A stretch of DNA of 54,612 bases, from IMG/VR virus record IMGVR_UViG_3300032233_002766, positions 1 to 54,612 of that record; one strand, 5' to 3'. This document shows positions 17,863-26,787 of this stretch, one piece after another; position 1 is the stretch's first letter, and every line of letters begins with the position of its first letter. The position numbers and the translations under genes were made by a program. A model generated the notes under the pieces. It had not been told where the DNA came from. It saw only the letters and a list, made by a program, of their open reading frames with translations, and made no database searches. The DNA comes from a virus (lineage: Duplodnaviria; Caudoviricetes).

Positions 17863-18004
17863 GGGCCTCCGTCAGCCCACCTTACCCCCTCCTGCCCGTG
17901 TCTGGATTGGGGTGGGGGTGAGGGACTTGTGGTCCCCTTGTGCTCGACCTTGTGTCGGGCTTGCGTGGGCCGCCTACAGTGCCTGTCAGGATGCGGGTTC
18001 CTTG

Positions 18005-18739
18005 GTGGCAGTCTGGGACCAAGGGCAGGGGATCAAGGGCGGCAGCGAAAGCCCGGAGTCCTACGACCGCTTCGTGCAGTTCTTGGAGCTGGGCTCAGAT
18101 CGCACGCTGACGGCACTGGCTAAGGTCCTCGGCGTTTCCTATCAGGCGCTCCAGCAAACTGCCAAGCGCTTCAGTTGGCGCGAGCGGGCTGCCGCCTGGG
18201 ATCGCTCCCGCACCGGCACCAGGAAGACCACGCCACCAAAGGGAAAGGGCCCAACCAAGGCCCCACCAGCCCCCGCCGCTCCCCCGCCGCCACCGCCTCC
18301 TCCCCCCTCGCCTCCACCGGCCAGCACCGCCCAGCCCATTGATCCCGAGGTGCTTGGCCTGGAGCTTGGCGGCGAGGTTGTGGGAACCCACCTGCAGGCT
18401 ATGGCTCGCTACCAGCGGGTCTATGACGCGATCGGCTACGGGATGGCGATGCAGGCCTACAGCCTGTTCCCTGTGGTGCAGTCGCTTCAGAACGAGCTGG
18501 CGCAATCCATCGAGCTGCGGAAGCGCCTGCGCGAGCAAACGGCGCTACAGGAGGCCGCACTGGTGGGAACCACGATCCGTGACCTGATCCCCCAGTACGC
18601 GAAGCTCTGCGACGCCCTGCACACCCTCGCCAACGGTGGCCGCACCCACTGGGGCGACGCGATCGGGGTTCACCGGATCCTGGAGGAGGCCTTTGGGGCC
18701 ACCAAGAACGCCCGTGGGCAGGGGGGTGGTCGTGGTTGA
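18005..18739 (+). CDS. HTH protein, putative terminase small subunit
   Basis: ESPESYDRFVQFLELGSDRTLTALAKVLGVS...W.ERAAAWD; Pro-rich linker and helical C-terminus. Confidence 0.5.
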   Translation: MAVWDQGQGIKGGSESPESYDRFVQFLELGSDRTLTALAKVLGVSYQALQQTAKRFSWRERAAAWDRSRTGTRKTTPPKGKGPTKAPPAPAAPPPPPPPPPSPPPASTAQPIDPEVLGLELGGEVVGTHLQAMARYQRVYDAIGYGMAMQAYSLFPVVQSLQNELAQSIELRKRLREQTALQEAALVGTTIRDLIPQYAKLCDALHTLANGGRTHWGDAIGVHRILEEAFGATKNARGQGGGRG

Positions 18740-19727
18740 GGTGACAAAGGCCCTGGCTGCCCCCTTTCCCTACTTCGGCGGCAAGCGCCGCGCCGCGCCA
18801 CGGATCTGGCAGGCGCTCGGCGATCCAGCCGGGTATGTGGAGCCGTTCGCTGGATCGGCGGCTGTGCTGTTGGCTCGGCCGCCATTCAAGGGCCGCAGGG
18901 TTGAAACCCTGAACGATGCTGATGGGTGGCTGGTCAACACCTGGCGTGCAATCCAGCTCAACCCTGACGCGGTGGCTGCTGCTGCCTGGGGGCCGGTCGC
19001 TGAGATCGACTATCACGCCCGCCTGGCATGGCTGCAGCAGCGCCGCACGCCCGACCTAGTGGCATGGCTGGAGGGCGATCCTGAGGCCCACGACGCGAAG
19101 GCAGCAGGCTGGTGGCTGTATGTGCTGGCCTGTGGCATCGGCGATCCATTTGGGCCGGGGCCATGGCGCGTGGTGGATGGCCACCTCCGCAAGCTGCCCC
19201 ATCTCGGGAATGCGGGGCGGGGGGTGAACCGTGAGCTGCCCCATCTCGGGAATGCGGGGCAGGGGGCGCTGGCGGCCTACATGCAGCAGCTCGCCGATCG
19301 ACTCCGGCGGGTCCGAATCACCTGCGGATCGTGGGAACGGGTGGTGAAACGGCGCATCATCTGCGGCAACTATCAGTGGAAAGACTGCGCCGTCTTCCTC
19401 GATCCGCCCTATGCCACCTCCGGTGATCTCTACGCCGAATCATCCGAGGGGGTGGCCATCGCCGTGCGGGAGTGGTGCGCCACTGCGCCGGCTGATCTGC
19501 GGATTATCCTTTGCGGCTACGACAGCGAACACGATGCCCTCCTGCGGCGCGGCTGGTCCGTGGCTGAGGGCAAGGCAGGTGGAGGGGCGGGCTATAGCAC
19601 CAACGGCCTGAACGGTCGCCGCGAGCGGCTGTGGCTGTCGCCGGCCTGCATTGGAGTTGCCCAGCTCGGCCTCAGCCTCGAAATCCCAACCCCTACCCCA
19701 ACCCCTGTCCCGATCCGCACCGATTAG
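18732..19727 (+). CDS. DNA adenine methyltransferase (D12 class)
   Basis: PFPYFGGK, YVEPFAGS, ETLND, FLDPPY. Confidence 0.9.
   Translation: MVEVTKALAAPFPYFGGKRRAAPRIWQALGDPAGYVEPFAGSAAVLLARPPFKGRRVETLNDADGWLVNTWRAIQLNPDAVAAAAWGPVAEIDYHARLAWLQQRRTPDLVAWLEGDPEAHDAKAAGWWLYVLACGIGDPFGPGPWRVVDGHLRKLPHLGNAGRGVNRELPHLGNAGQGALAAYMQQLADRLRRVRITCGSWERVVKRRIICGNYQWKDCAVFLDPPYATSGDLYAESSEGVAIAVREWCATAPADLRIILCGYDSEHDALLRRGWSVAEGKAGGGAGYSTNGLNGRRERLWLSPACIGVAQLGLSLEIPTPTPTPVPIRTD
19192..19260 (+). repeat. 27-bp direct repeat, period 42 nt, inside the MTase
   Basis: AGCTGCCCCATCTCGGGAATGCGGGGC at 19192 and 19234 (LPHLGNAG twice). Confidence 0.9.
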
Positions 19728-19746
19728 CTATGCTCTATGCGGATAC

Positions 19747-19756
19747 CAACCAGCGA
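19747..19756 (+). promoter_or_regulatory. CAACCAGCGA leader motif (putative sRNA target)
   Basis: 4 nt upstream of GTG 19761. Confidence 0.55.
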
Positions 19757-19760
19757 CCCC

Positions 19761-19910
19761 GTGCCCACCTCATCCCCGGCCCCGCCGGTGCCCGCCTCCC
19801 TGGCTGATCCGGGGGCCCGCGCCGCCGCCGTCCGCCAGCTCAGCCACCTGCCCTGGGGCCACCCGCACGCTGTCGAGCTGCGGCGGTTGTTCCGTGGGGA
19901 GGGGGCGTGA
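19761..19910 (+). CDS. Small protein (49 aa; not in ORF track)
   Basis: First of a chain of overlapping ORFs (19761-19910, 19910-20038, 20038-20376). Confidence 0.5.
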   Translation: MPTSSPAPPVPASLADPGARAAAVRQLSHLPWGHPHAVELRRLFRGEGA

Positions 19911-20037
19911 TGAAGCTGATCGAACGCATCTCCTTTGCCGCCCTGGTCCTGGCCCTGTTCATCACCTCAGCCCGCCTGATCGGCGGCAAGCAGCAGGGGC
20001 ACCGTGAGCCCCCTTCCTGTGCGCAGTTGGAGTTGTG

Positions 20038-20376
20038 ATGCTCAGCTCCACTCCGGCCCCCAACCCCTCCACCCTCCTCCCCCACCGCCGCGGCATCGGC
20101 GACCAGGCCATCTGCGACTGGCTCGATGTGCTGCGGCTGGCTCAGCCGATGGACCTCGGCCGGCCCGGTCATTGCGTGAGCACCCGGCAGCTGATGGCCG
20201 CCTGGGGTGTTGCTCAATGCTCCGTGTCTCGCCGCCTCGCCGCGATCAACCGCGCCAGCCTGGTGCTCTCTGCTCTGGGCGATCACGCAGACGGCGCCCA
20301 GATCGGGCGGATCGTCCGCGTGCATCGTGCGCCGGGGTGGTGGCGGGTTGTTGGTTCTGCTGCGGGGAGGCCATGA
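20038..20376 (+). CDS. Winged-HTH-like protein
   Basis: STRQLMAAWGVAQCSVSRRLAAINRASLV. Confidence 0.55.
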   Translation: MLSSTPAPNPSTLLPHRRGIGDQAICDWLDVLRLAQPMDLGRPGHCVSTRQLMAAWGVAQCSVSRRLAAINRASLVLSALGDHADGAQIGRIVRVHRAPGWWRVVGSAAGRP

Positions 20377-21101
20377 CCTCTCCTCCAGGCACCATCCACG
20401 CCACCGCCCTAGCCCAGCCGGTGGCGGAGGGGCCTACGGATGAGGCCCTGGACAAGGTAATTTTTCAAGCTCTCAGGGAATACCGGGAGCAAGAAAGTCC
20501 ATTCGGTGGTCCTACCGATGAGCGGCAACTTGACCGCGTAAAGGCCCGCGCCATCCTCGCCCGCTGGGGCCACCCCACCCCGCCAGCGCCGGAGCCGGGG
20601 GAGGCGCCAGCAGCGTGGCTCTACAAAGGTGAACCTGACTTTGATGGCGCCACATGGCGGGAGAACTGGCGCGCAACCACAGACGAGCAAGTGGCACGGT
20701 TCAAAGCTGAGCCTGGCTGCCCTGTCCCATTGTTCCGCCGCTCCGTCGCCCTGGTGGCCGCCCCGGTGGTGGCGCCGGTGGCGGTGAGCGAGAGGCTACG
20801 CCAGTGCCCAACCCACGACCAGCAACCTCCCAACGCATGGGGGTGCCCCGAGTGCGTCCGTGAACTGCGTGAATCATTGGAAAATCTGCGACATATTGCA
20901 GCTAGGCATGTAGACGAGCTGGACGATTTAAGGGGCAGATCCGAAGGCGTATATGGCCTGCATCACAACGGCGATGAGGCGCCATGGATTGATGTATTCC
21001 CCGGCGGATATTACGAGCAGTTGTCGGCTCTTGGAGAGTTGCGCGATGCGATTGTTTCACACGAGATTGCCACCTTGACCGCCGAGGAGGTGCAGCCGTG
21101 A
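20373..21101 (+). CDS. Hypothetical mosaic phage protein
   Basis: MTSPPGTIH...; ATGA overlap; patchy GC content. Confidence 0.6.
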   Translation: MTSPPGTIHATALAQPVAEGPTDEALDKVIFQALREYREQESPFGGPTDERQLDRVKARAILARWGHPTPPAPEPGEAPAAWLYKGEPDFDGATWRENWRATTDEQVARFKAEPGCPVPLFRRSVALVAAPVVAPVAVSERLRQCPTHDQQPPNAWGCPECVRELRESLENLRHIAARHVDELDDLRGRSEGVYGLHHNGDEAPWIDVFPGGYYEQLSALGELRDAIVSHEIATLTAEEVQP

Positions 21102-21349
21102 GCACCGGCAGCTACTGGCGCGACCGTGCCGCTCCGATCATCGCGGAAGTAATCGCCCGCGTCGGCCGCGACGATGAGCGGGCCTTACGAAAGGCGCTGC
21201 ACGATGCCTACCCCTTCGGAGAGCGGCGCATGCACCCCTACAGGATCTGGTGCGATGAAGTCCGCCGCCAGCTGGAGGGCAGGCAGCATCGCCGGCCGGC
21301 TTCACCTGATCCCGTCTCCCCGGGCCAGCTCGGGTTGTTTCAGCCATGA
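21098..21349 (+). CDS. Hypothetical phage protein
   Basis: WRDRAAPII...AYPFGERRMHPYRIWCDEV. Confidence 0.65.
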   Translation: MSTGSYWRDRAAPIIAEVIARVGRDDERALRKALHDAYPFGERRMHPYRIWCDEVRRQLEGRQHRRPASPDPVSPGQLGLFQP

Positions 21350-21876
21350 CCACCCCTCCCCTCCTGGCATCAGGAGCGGCCTTCCTGGCTGGCGCTGCGG
21401 TGCTGGCCGGTGGCAGGCCGCCGACGCTGGCCGTGCCGCTGCCACCGCCGGCCTTCGCTGCCACGGTGCTTTCCGTGGGTGACGGCGACACCTTGCGCGT
21501 GGCTGATGCTAGTGGCCAGCGGGTCACGATCCGCCTGGCCTGCATCGACGCCCCCGAGCGCCGCCAAGCCCCCCATGGCGCCATTGCCGCCGCCGCCCTG
21601 CGCGTGCTGGCCCCGGTTGGCGCGAGTGTCCGGGTCAGGCCCCACGCCACCGACCGATACGGGCGGACCGTGGCGGAGGTGTTCTATCAGCGCAGATCGA
21701 CCGGGCTGGCGATGGTGGCCACCGGCCAGGCCTTCGCCTATCGGAAGTATCTGAGCGGCTGCAGCAGCAGCTACCTGCGGGCCGAGGGCATCGCCAAGCG
21801 CGAGCGCCTGGGGGTGTGGATCGTGCCCGGTGGCATCACCAGGCCCTGGGATTGGCGTGCGGCGCAGAGGCGCTGA
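21346..21876 (+). CDS. Thermonuclease (SNase family) with signal peptide
   Basis: SVGDGDTL, IRLACIDAPE, DRYGRTVAEV, AEGIAKRERLGVW, PWDWR. Confidence 0.92.
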   Translation: MTTPPLLASGAAFLAGAAVLAGGRPPTLAVPLPPPAFAATVLSVGDGDTLRVADASGQRVTIRLACIDAPERRQAPHGAIAAAALRVLAPVGASVRVRPHATDRYGRTVAEVFYQRRSTGLAMVATGQAFAYRKYLSGCSSSYLRAEGIAKRERLGVWIVPGGITRPWDWRAAQRR

Positions 21877-21878
21877 GG

Positions 21879-22229
21879 ATGCCCGCAAGCCGCCGCACAC
21901 CCGAGCAGGTCCGCAAGATCCTCACCAGCCGGGAGACGATCACCACCCTGGCGAAGCGCTATGGCTGCAGCAAGCAGGCCATCAGCCTGATTCGCACCGG
22001 CAGGGCCTACGCCAATCTCTGGCCCGAGATCCCACGCCGCGGCGCCCCCGCACCCGTCACCCCCGTCACCCCCACCACCCCCGGCGCCCTCAGCTGCCTC
22101 GACTGCCTCCACTGGCGCGGCGGTGACAGGCCCTGCCGCGAGGGGCTGCCTGATGCCAGCGAAAGCGATCTGGGGTTCGCCAATTACTGCGACTTTTACG
22201 CTTGCGGTGGACAATCCCTGTCAGAATAG
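21879..22229 (+). CDS. HTH plus Cys-cluster protein
   Basis: TLAKRYGCSKQAISLIRTG; CLDCLHW...C...C. Confidence 0.65.
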   Translation: MPASRRTPEQVRKILTSRETITTLAKRYGCSKQAISLIRTGRAYANLWPEIPRRGAPAPVTPVTPTTPGALSCLDCLHWRGGDRPCREGLPDASESDLGFANYCDFYACGGQSLSE

Positions 22230-22248
22230 GCACAGCCTATCTGGAGCC

Positions 22249-22521
22249 ATGGCGATCACGCGAGCAGGTGAAACCTTCGACGGCTACAACCAGCCGAAGG
22301 CCACACCGAAGCATCCGACCAAGAGCCATGCCGTCCTGGCCAAGGAAGGGGATCAGGTGCGACTGATTCGCTTCGGCCAGCAGGGTGTGAAAGGTGCGGG
22401 GAAGAACCCCAAAACCGAAGCCCAGAAGGAACGCCGCGCCAGCTTTAAGGCTCGCCATGCCTCCAACATCGCCAAAGGGAGGCTCAGCGCGGCTTACTGG
22501 GCGGATCGCGTGAAGTGGTGA
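22249..22521 (+). CDS. Small basic viral protein of unknown function
   Basis: VRLIRFGQQG...RRASFKARH...SAAYWADRVKW, a motif pattern recalled from diverse viruses; GGAG RBS. Confidence 0.7.
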   Translation: MAITRAGETFDGYNQPKATPKHPTKSHAVLAKEGDQVRLIRFGQQGVKGAGKNPKTEAQKERRASFKARHASNIAKGRLSAAYWADRVKW

Positions 22522-22539
22522 TGAATCCAAGTAGCAAAT

Positions 22540-22549
22540 CAACCAGCGA
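22540..22549 (+). promoter_or_regulatory. CAACCAGCGA leader motif (putative sRNA target)
   Basis: 7 nt upstream of ATG 22557 (MQATAPPR..., 22557-22712). Confidence 0.6.
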
Positions 22550-22708
22550 AAATCTCATGCAGGCAACCGCTCCACCTCGCATCATTCGCAGGCCTGCAGC
22601 CGATGGTCAGCCCGCCCGCTTTGAGGCCGCCTGGGCGCCCGACGCCCCCGCAACCCCCCGCCAGCGCCTGATGGCTGCTCAGCAGAAGCGCCGCCAGCGG
22701 GGTGGGAG

Positions 22709-23341
22709 ATGAGCGGCGACGACATTAGAAGCCCCGGCTCCCAGTTCGGCGGCCCCATCCCCGACTGGCGCATCCGTCAGCTCGCCGAGGCTGGGATGAT
22801 CAGCCCGTTTGAGCCGAGGAAGGTGCGGCAAGTGGATCTTCCCGGCAGCTTCCGGCGCCCCGTTATCAGCTACGGCTGTTCCTCCTATGGCTACGACCTC
22901 ACCCTGTCACCAAACGACTTCCGCGTGTTCCGCCACGTGCCGGGCCTGATCGTTAACCCGAAGGCCTTCGATGATCGCTGCCTGGCACCGGCAGAGCTGC
23001 AACGGGACCAGTGGGGGCAGTTCTTCATCCTCCCGGCCCACACCTACGCTCTCGGCGTGGTGATCGAGCGCCTGAAGCTCCCCGCCAACATCACCGCCCA
23101 GTTCATCGGCAAGAGCACCTACGCCCGCTGCGGGATCATCGTGAACCTCACCCCCGGCGAAGCCGGCTGGGAAGGTCACCTGACCCTGGAGATCAGCAAC
23201 AGCAGCGGCGCCGACTGCCGCATCTACGCCAACGAAGGCATCTGCCAAGCCCTCTTCTACGAGGGGGCGCCCTGTGACCAGCCCTACGGGGATGGGAAGT
23301 ATCAGGGGCAAGCGGATGGTGTCACTTTGGCGAGGGTTTGA
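22709..23341 (+). CDS. dcd: dCTP deaminase
   Basis: GMISPFEP, ISYGCSSYGYDL, GKSTYARCGIIVNLTPGEAGWEGHLTLEISN, YANEGICQ, GKYQGQ. Confidence 0.95.
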   Translation: MSGDDIRSPGSQFGGPIPDWRIRQLAEAGMISPFEPRKVRQVDLPGSFRRPVISYGCSSYGYDLTLSPNDFRVFRHVPGLIVNPKAFDDRCLAPAELQRDQWGQFFILPAHTYALGVVIERLKLPANITAQFIGKSTYARCGIIVNLTPGEAGWEGHLTLEISNSSGADCRIYANEGICQALFYEGAPCDQPYGDGKYQGQADGVTLARV

Positions 23342-23343
23342 TC

Positions 23344-23748
23344 ATGGGAGAAGCGAAACGGCGTAAAGCGGTCCTCGGTGATGTTTATGGCACGCCGGAG
23401 GGTAGCAAAGGCAAGGCGGAAGTCGAGCTGGGCTTCCGGTATATGACTACGGAAGAAGTTGATAGCGCGGATTTCCGCCTTCCGCCTGACTATTCCTACT
23501 CCTTTCTTGTTTGCTCATTTTGGGGCTTTGAGTTTCCAGTGGCGGTTAGGTGTGTTCGAGATGCAGTCGGTCAGTTCAATTCTTATGTTTACGGGAAAAT
23601 CGATCTCAGGCAGATACCTGGCCTTCCGTTTCAGGGCACAAGGAAAAACAGGGATCACCGCAGCCTGAACAGGTTTCTCTTGGAAGCCTCTGACGTGATC
23701 CTTGTAAGAGAGTCCGACCAAGAAAAGGCGTACACAAGGAGCACTTGA
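23344..23748 (+). CDS. Hypothetical protein (low GC, MGEAKRRK start)
   Basis: ORF with distinctly lower GC than its flanks. Confidence 0.6.
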   Translation: MGEAKRRKAVLGDVYGTPEGSKGKAEVELGFRYMTTEEVDSADFRLPPDYSYSFLVCSFWGFEFPVAVRCVRDAVGQFNSYVYGKIDLRQIPGLPFQGTRKNRDHRSLNRFLLEASDVILVRESDQEKAYTRST

Positions 23749-23751
23749 CCG

Positions 23752-24057
23752 ATGCCAATGATCTCCGCCGCTGACCCCACCTTCCGCGAGCAATACCCCA
23801 ACGGCTGCATGGTCTACGACCGCCTGGGGCGCCAACTCCACAACGTGGTGGCCTGCAACCTGGAAACCGGTGAGGTGGTCCGCCAGGGCGAGAGCCGAAT
23901 CGTGGGCGCAGTCTTGCGAATGGCCAGGGGCCGCGAGCGGAACTGGGATCTTCCGGCCGAGTTTCGCCGCCACGGCTTCTGGCCTGCCCCTCTCAAGATC
24001 GTGCCGTGGCCGGTGGCGCATATCAGCTTTGAGGCCGAGGAGGAACCTGCCGCCTGA
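23752..24057 (+). CDS. Hypothetical protein
   Basis: TGATG-coupled to the terminase gene. Confidence 0.55.
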   Translation: MPMISAADPTFREQYPNGCMVYDRLGRQLHNVVACNLETGEVVRQGESRIVGAVLRMARGRERNWDLPAEFRRHGFWPAPLKIVPWPVAHISFEAEEEPAA

Positions 24058-25631
24058 TGCCACCCCTCAACCTCCTCCACCACGCTGCCGCCCGCGCCTA
24101 CGACGGGTTCCCGGTGCTGGCAGCGATCGAGGAGGCCAGGGCGGCTGAGCTGGCGGAGCCGGTGGAGGCCTACAAGGCCAGTTTTGGCGACTACGTGGCA
24201 GCAATCGCACCGGCTGATTTTAAGTTCACCAGGCATACCGAAAGGCTGATTGAGATCGGTCAACGGATCGTGGATGGCAAACTGCCGCGGGTGATGATCG
24301 AGCTGCCGCCGCGGCATTACAAGAGCACGATCTTCAGCCGGTTCCTGCCGGGCTGGTTTCTGCGGCGGTTTCCAGAGCGCACCTTTGGCTTGGGGGCCCA
24401 CACCCAAACACTGGCCGCTGAGTTCGGCGAGGCCGCCCGCGGCTACTTTGAGGCTTCCGGTGGTGCCCTGTGCCCCAGCAGCAGCGGCAAGGATCGATGG
24501 AAGACCAGCGGCGGCCTCGGTGGGATGTGGGTTGCAGGCGTCGGCAAGGGCACCGGCCTGCCAGCTCATTTTTTGGGGGTGGATGATCCCATTAAGGGCA
24601 GGGAGGAGGCCGAAAGCGTCGCCTACAGGCGCCGGCTGTGCAACTGGTATTCGACGGTCCTCAACACCAGGGAAGAACCCGGCTGCCTCAAGCTGATCAC
24701 CCACACCCGATGGCTTCATGACGCGGACCTGATCGGCTGGCTGCTTGCCAAGGTTGATGAGCTGGACAGGGAGGGGCACGGGGCCATGGCGGAGCGGTGG
24801 CACGTGATCTCTATGCCGCTGATCGCTGAGCCGATCGTGAAGCCGCTGCCAGCCCTGTGCACCAGGGAGCCAGATCACCGCAAGCCAGGCGAGGCGCTCG
24901 ATCCCACCCGATATGACGAGGAGTGGGCGGAGGCCAAAAAACGCAACACCCCTACCCGCGACTGGGAGGCGCTGTATCAGCAGAACCCCTCCGCCGGGGA
25001 AGGAACCGTGTTCTTCCTGGATCGGATGCGGTTCTACGGCAAGCCCGCATGGCCAGGCCTACCTGATGATCCCCAACTGCCGGATCGGTTCATCCGCACG
25101 ATCCTCTCGGTGGACTGCACCTTTGACGACACCGCCGGCAGCGACATGGTGGCCATGACCCTGTGGGGTCAGAACCCTCAGGGCGCCTGGCTGCTGGACC
25201 TGGTGAATGAGCGCCTGGACTTCCCTGCCACCGTGGCGATGATCCGCTCAATGCACACCCGCCACCGCTTCGGGGAGCTGCTGATCGAGAAGAAGGCCAA
25301 TGGCGCCGCTGTGATCAAGACCCTCACGCAGGGTGCCCATGGCTACCATGTGGTTGCTGCCGGAGTTGGCGATATGGGCGGCAAGGAAAGCCGCGCCAAT
25401 GCCGCCTCTGTCGAGTTCAACAACGGCCGCGTGTTCCTGCCGCGCAATGCCCCGTGGAGCAACGTGGTTCGTGATCAGTTGCTGCAGTTCCCTGCTGCAA
25501 CCTTCGATGACATCGTGGACAGCACCAGCCAGTTGTTGATCTACATCGCCGGCACCGGCCCGATCAGCTTCAGCACCGTCAGCTATGGCCACGCCGCGCC
25601 AGGAGCGATAGCCCCCACGGTGCAGTGGTAA
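24057..25631 (+). CDS. terL: Terminase large subunit
   Basis: Walker A LPPRHYKST, Walker B GVDDPIK, THTRW, ALYQQNP, nuclease SVD...IEKKANG...DDIVDS. Confidence 0.95.
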   Translation: MPPLNLLHHAAARAYDGFPVLAAIEEARAAELAEPVEAYKASFGDYVAAIAPADFKFTRHTERLIEIGQRIVDGKLPRVMIELPPRHYKSTIFSRFLPGWFLRRFPERTFGLGAHTQTLAAEFGEAARGYFEASGGALCPSSSGKDRWKTSGGLGGMWVAGVGKGTGLPAHFLGVDDPIKGREEAESVAYRRRLCNWYSTVLNTREEPGCLKLITHTRWLHDADLIGWLLAKVDELDREGHGAMAERWHVISMPLIAEPIVKPLPALCTREPDHRKPGEALDPTRYDEEWAEAKKRNTPTRDWEALYQQNPSAGEGTVFFLDRMRFYGKPAWPGLPDDPQLPDRFIRTILSVDCTFDDTAGSDMVAMTLWGQNPQGAWLLDLVNERLDFPATVAMIRSMHTRHRFGELLIEKKANGAAVIKTLTQGAHGYHVVAAGVGDMGGKESRANAASVEFNNGRVFLPRNAPWSNVVRDQLLQFPAATFDDIVDSTSQLLIYIAGTGPISFSTVSYGHAAPGAIAPTVQW

Positions 25632-25680
25632 CAAGATTGAAAGAGAATACAATAATGGAACTACAGAATGGGTTGATCCA

Positions 25681-26787
25681 ATGAGCACCCGGAGCCTCAG
25701 GGCTGCCCGCAGCACCAGGCCCCGGCCGCCCGTCGATCCCTGTCCCGATCAGGGCCAGCCCATCCGCCGCTTTCCGGCCCCGACCGAGCACTCTGAGGAG
25801 CTGGCGGTGGCCAACCTGCAGCTGGCCCGGGACATGGCGCAGCGGATGGCCTCGGCGACTCGGATGCCTTGGGATGATCTGTTCCTGGTGGCCTCAATGG
25901 GCCTCCTGAAGGCGTGTCGCCTCTACGACCCCAGCCGGATTTGCCCCAGCACCGGCCGGCCCTACGCCATCTCAACCCTGTGCGTGCCATTCATCCGGGG
26001 CGCGATGGCTCAGTACCTGCGCGATCGGGGGCACACCTCTGGCGTGCGCTTCCCTGATCGCTGGCGAGACAAGGCGCCCACGGTGCGGCGCCTTGCGGCC
26101 GATGGGCTCACCCCTGCGGCCATCGCGCAGGCCACCGGGCTGGGCCTTGAGGACGTGGAAGGGATTTTGACGGGCCAGAGCGCCCCGCAGGCCCTAGACC
26201 CTGACGCAATGGGGTTCGCCAGCTGGGACCCTGATCCCTGGGATGAAGCCGAAGCCTGCGGGGAGCTTCAGGCCGTGCTGGCGGTGGCTGATGCGGCCCA
26301 TGCGGCGCTGGGGTGGGCAGATCGCGCCATGATCGAGGCCGCCTGGAACCAGGAGCCGACCCGGTTCCGCCGCCGCCTGGCCCGGCTCCCTCATGGCCAG
26401 TTCATGCGGCAGGCGGGCGGGATCATCCGCAAGGGCAAGGTGATGCCGCTGGAGGGGCAACAGGATCTGGCCGTCGAGGTGCCGATCCACCTGGGCTCCA
26501 CCGCACCGCGTCGGCGCATCAGCAAGCCTGCCGAAATCCTGCAAGCAGCCGAGCAGCTGGGCCTTTTCGGCCCCTGTCTGGATCTGGAAGGCGGGAAAAC
26601 TGCGACAGCAGGTATGAACGTGGCAGGTGAGGCAGTCGATCAGCCATCCAACGGGCGACGGCAAGCTGCCGAGCTTCCAGCACCCAAAGCTCGCCGAGGT
26701 GATCGGGGATCTGGATCTGGTTGCGGACTGCTGGGATCTGTTGCCCGGGGAGGCGAAGCGCAGGCACCTGCCGAAGGAATCGGGTGA
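25681..26787 (+). CDS. Alternative sigma factor (SigF/SigB-like), candidate late sigma
   Basis: ANLQLARDMA, DDLFLVASMGLLKACRLYDP, STLCVPFIRGAMAQYLRD...VRFP; degenerate region 4. Confidence 0.8.
   Translation: MSTRSLRAARSTRPRPPVDPCPDQGQPIRRFPAPTEHSEELAVANLQLARDMAQRMASATRMPWDDLFLVASMGLLKACRLYDPSRICPSTGRPYAISTLCVPFIRGAMAQYLRDRGHTSGVRFPDRWRDKAPTVRRLAADGLTPAAIAQATGLGLEDVEGILTGQSAPQALDPDAMGFASWDPDPWDEAEACGELQAVLAVADAAHAALGWADRAMIEAAWNQEPTRFRRRLARLPHGQFMRQAGGIIRKGKVMPLEGQQDLAVEVPIHLGSTAPRRRISKPAEILQAAEQLGLFGPCLDLEGGKTATAGMNVAGEAVDQPSNGRRQAAELPAPKARRGDRGSGSGCGLLGSVARGGEAQAPAEGIG
26592..26602 (+). promoter_or_regulatory. Late promoter-like motif CGGGAAAACTG
   Basis: 24 nt before the portal GTG, inside the sigma gene. 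Confidence 0.7.

Noticed and set aside
18262-18320. C-rich tract
   Set aside because: Explained by a poly-proline linker in the coding frame
18636-21876. MTase plus SNase as a restriction-modification system
   Set aside because: The SNase has a signal peptide and the family is non-specific; the genes are not adjacent; an orphan MTase is more likely
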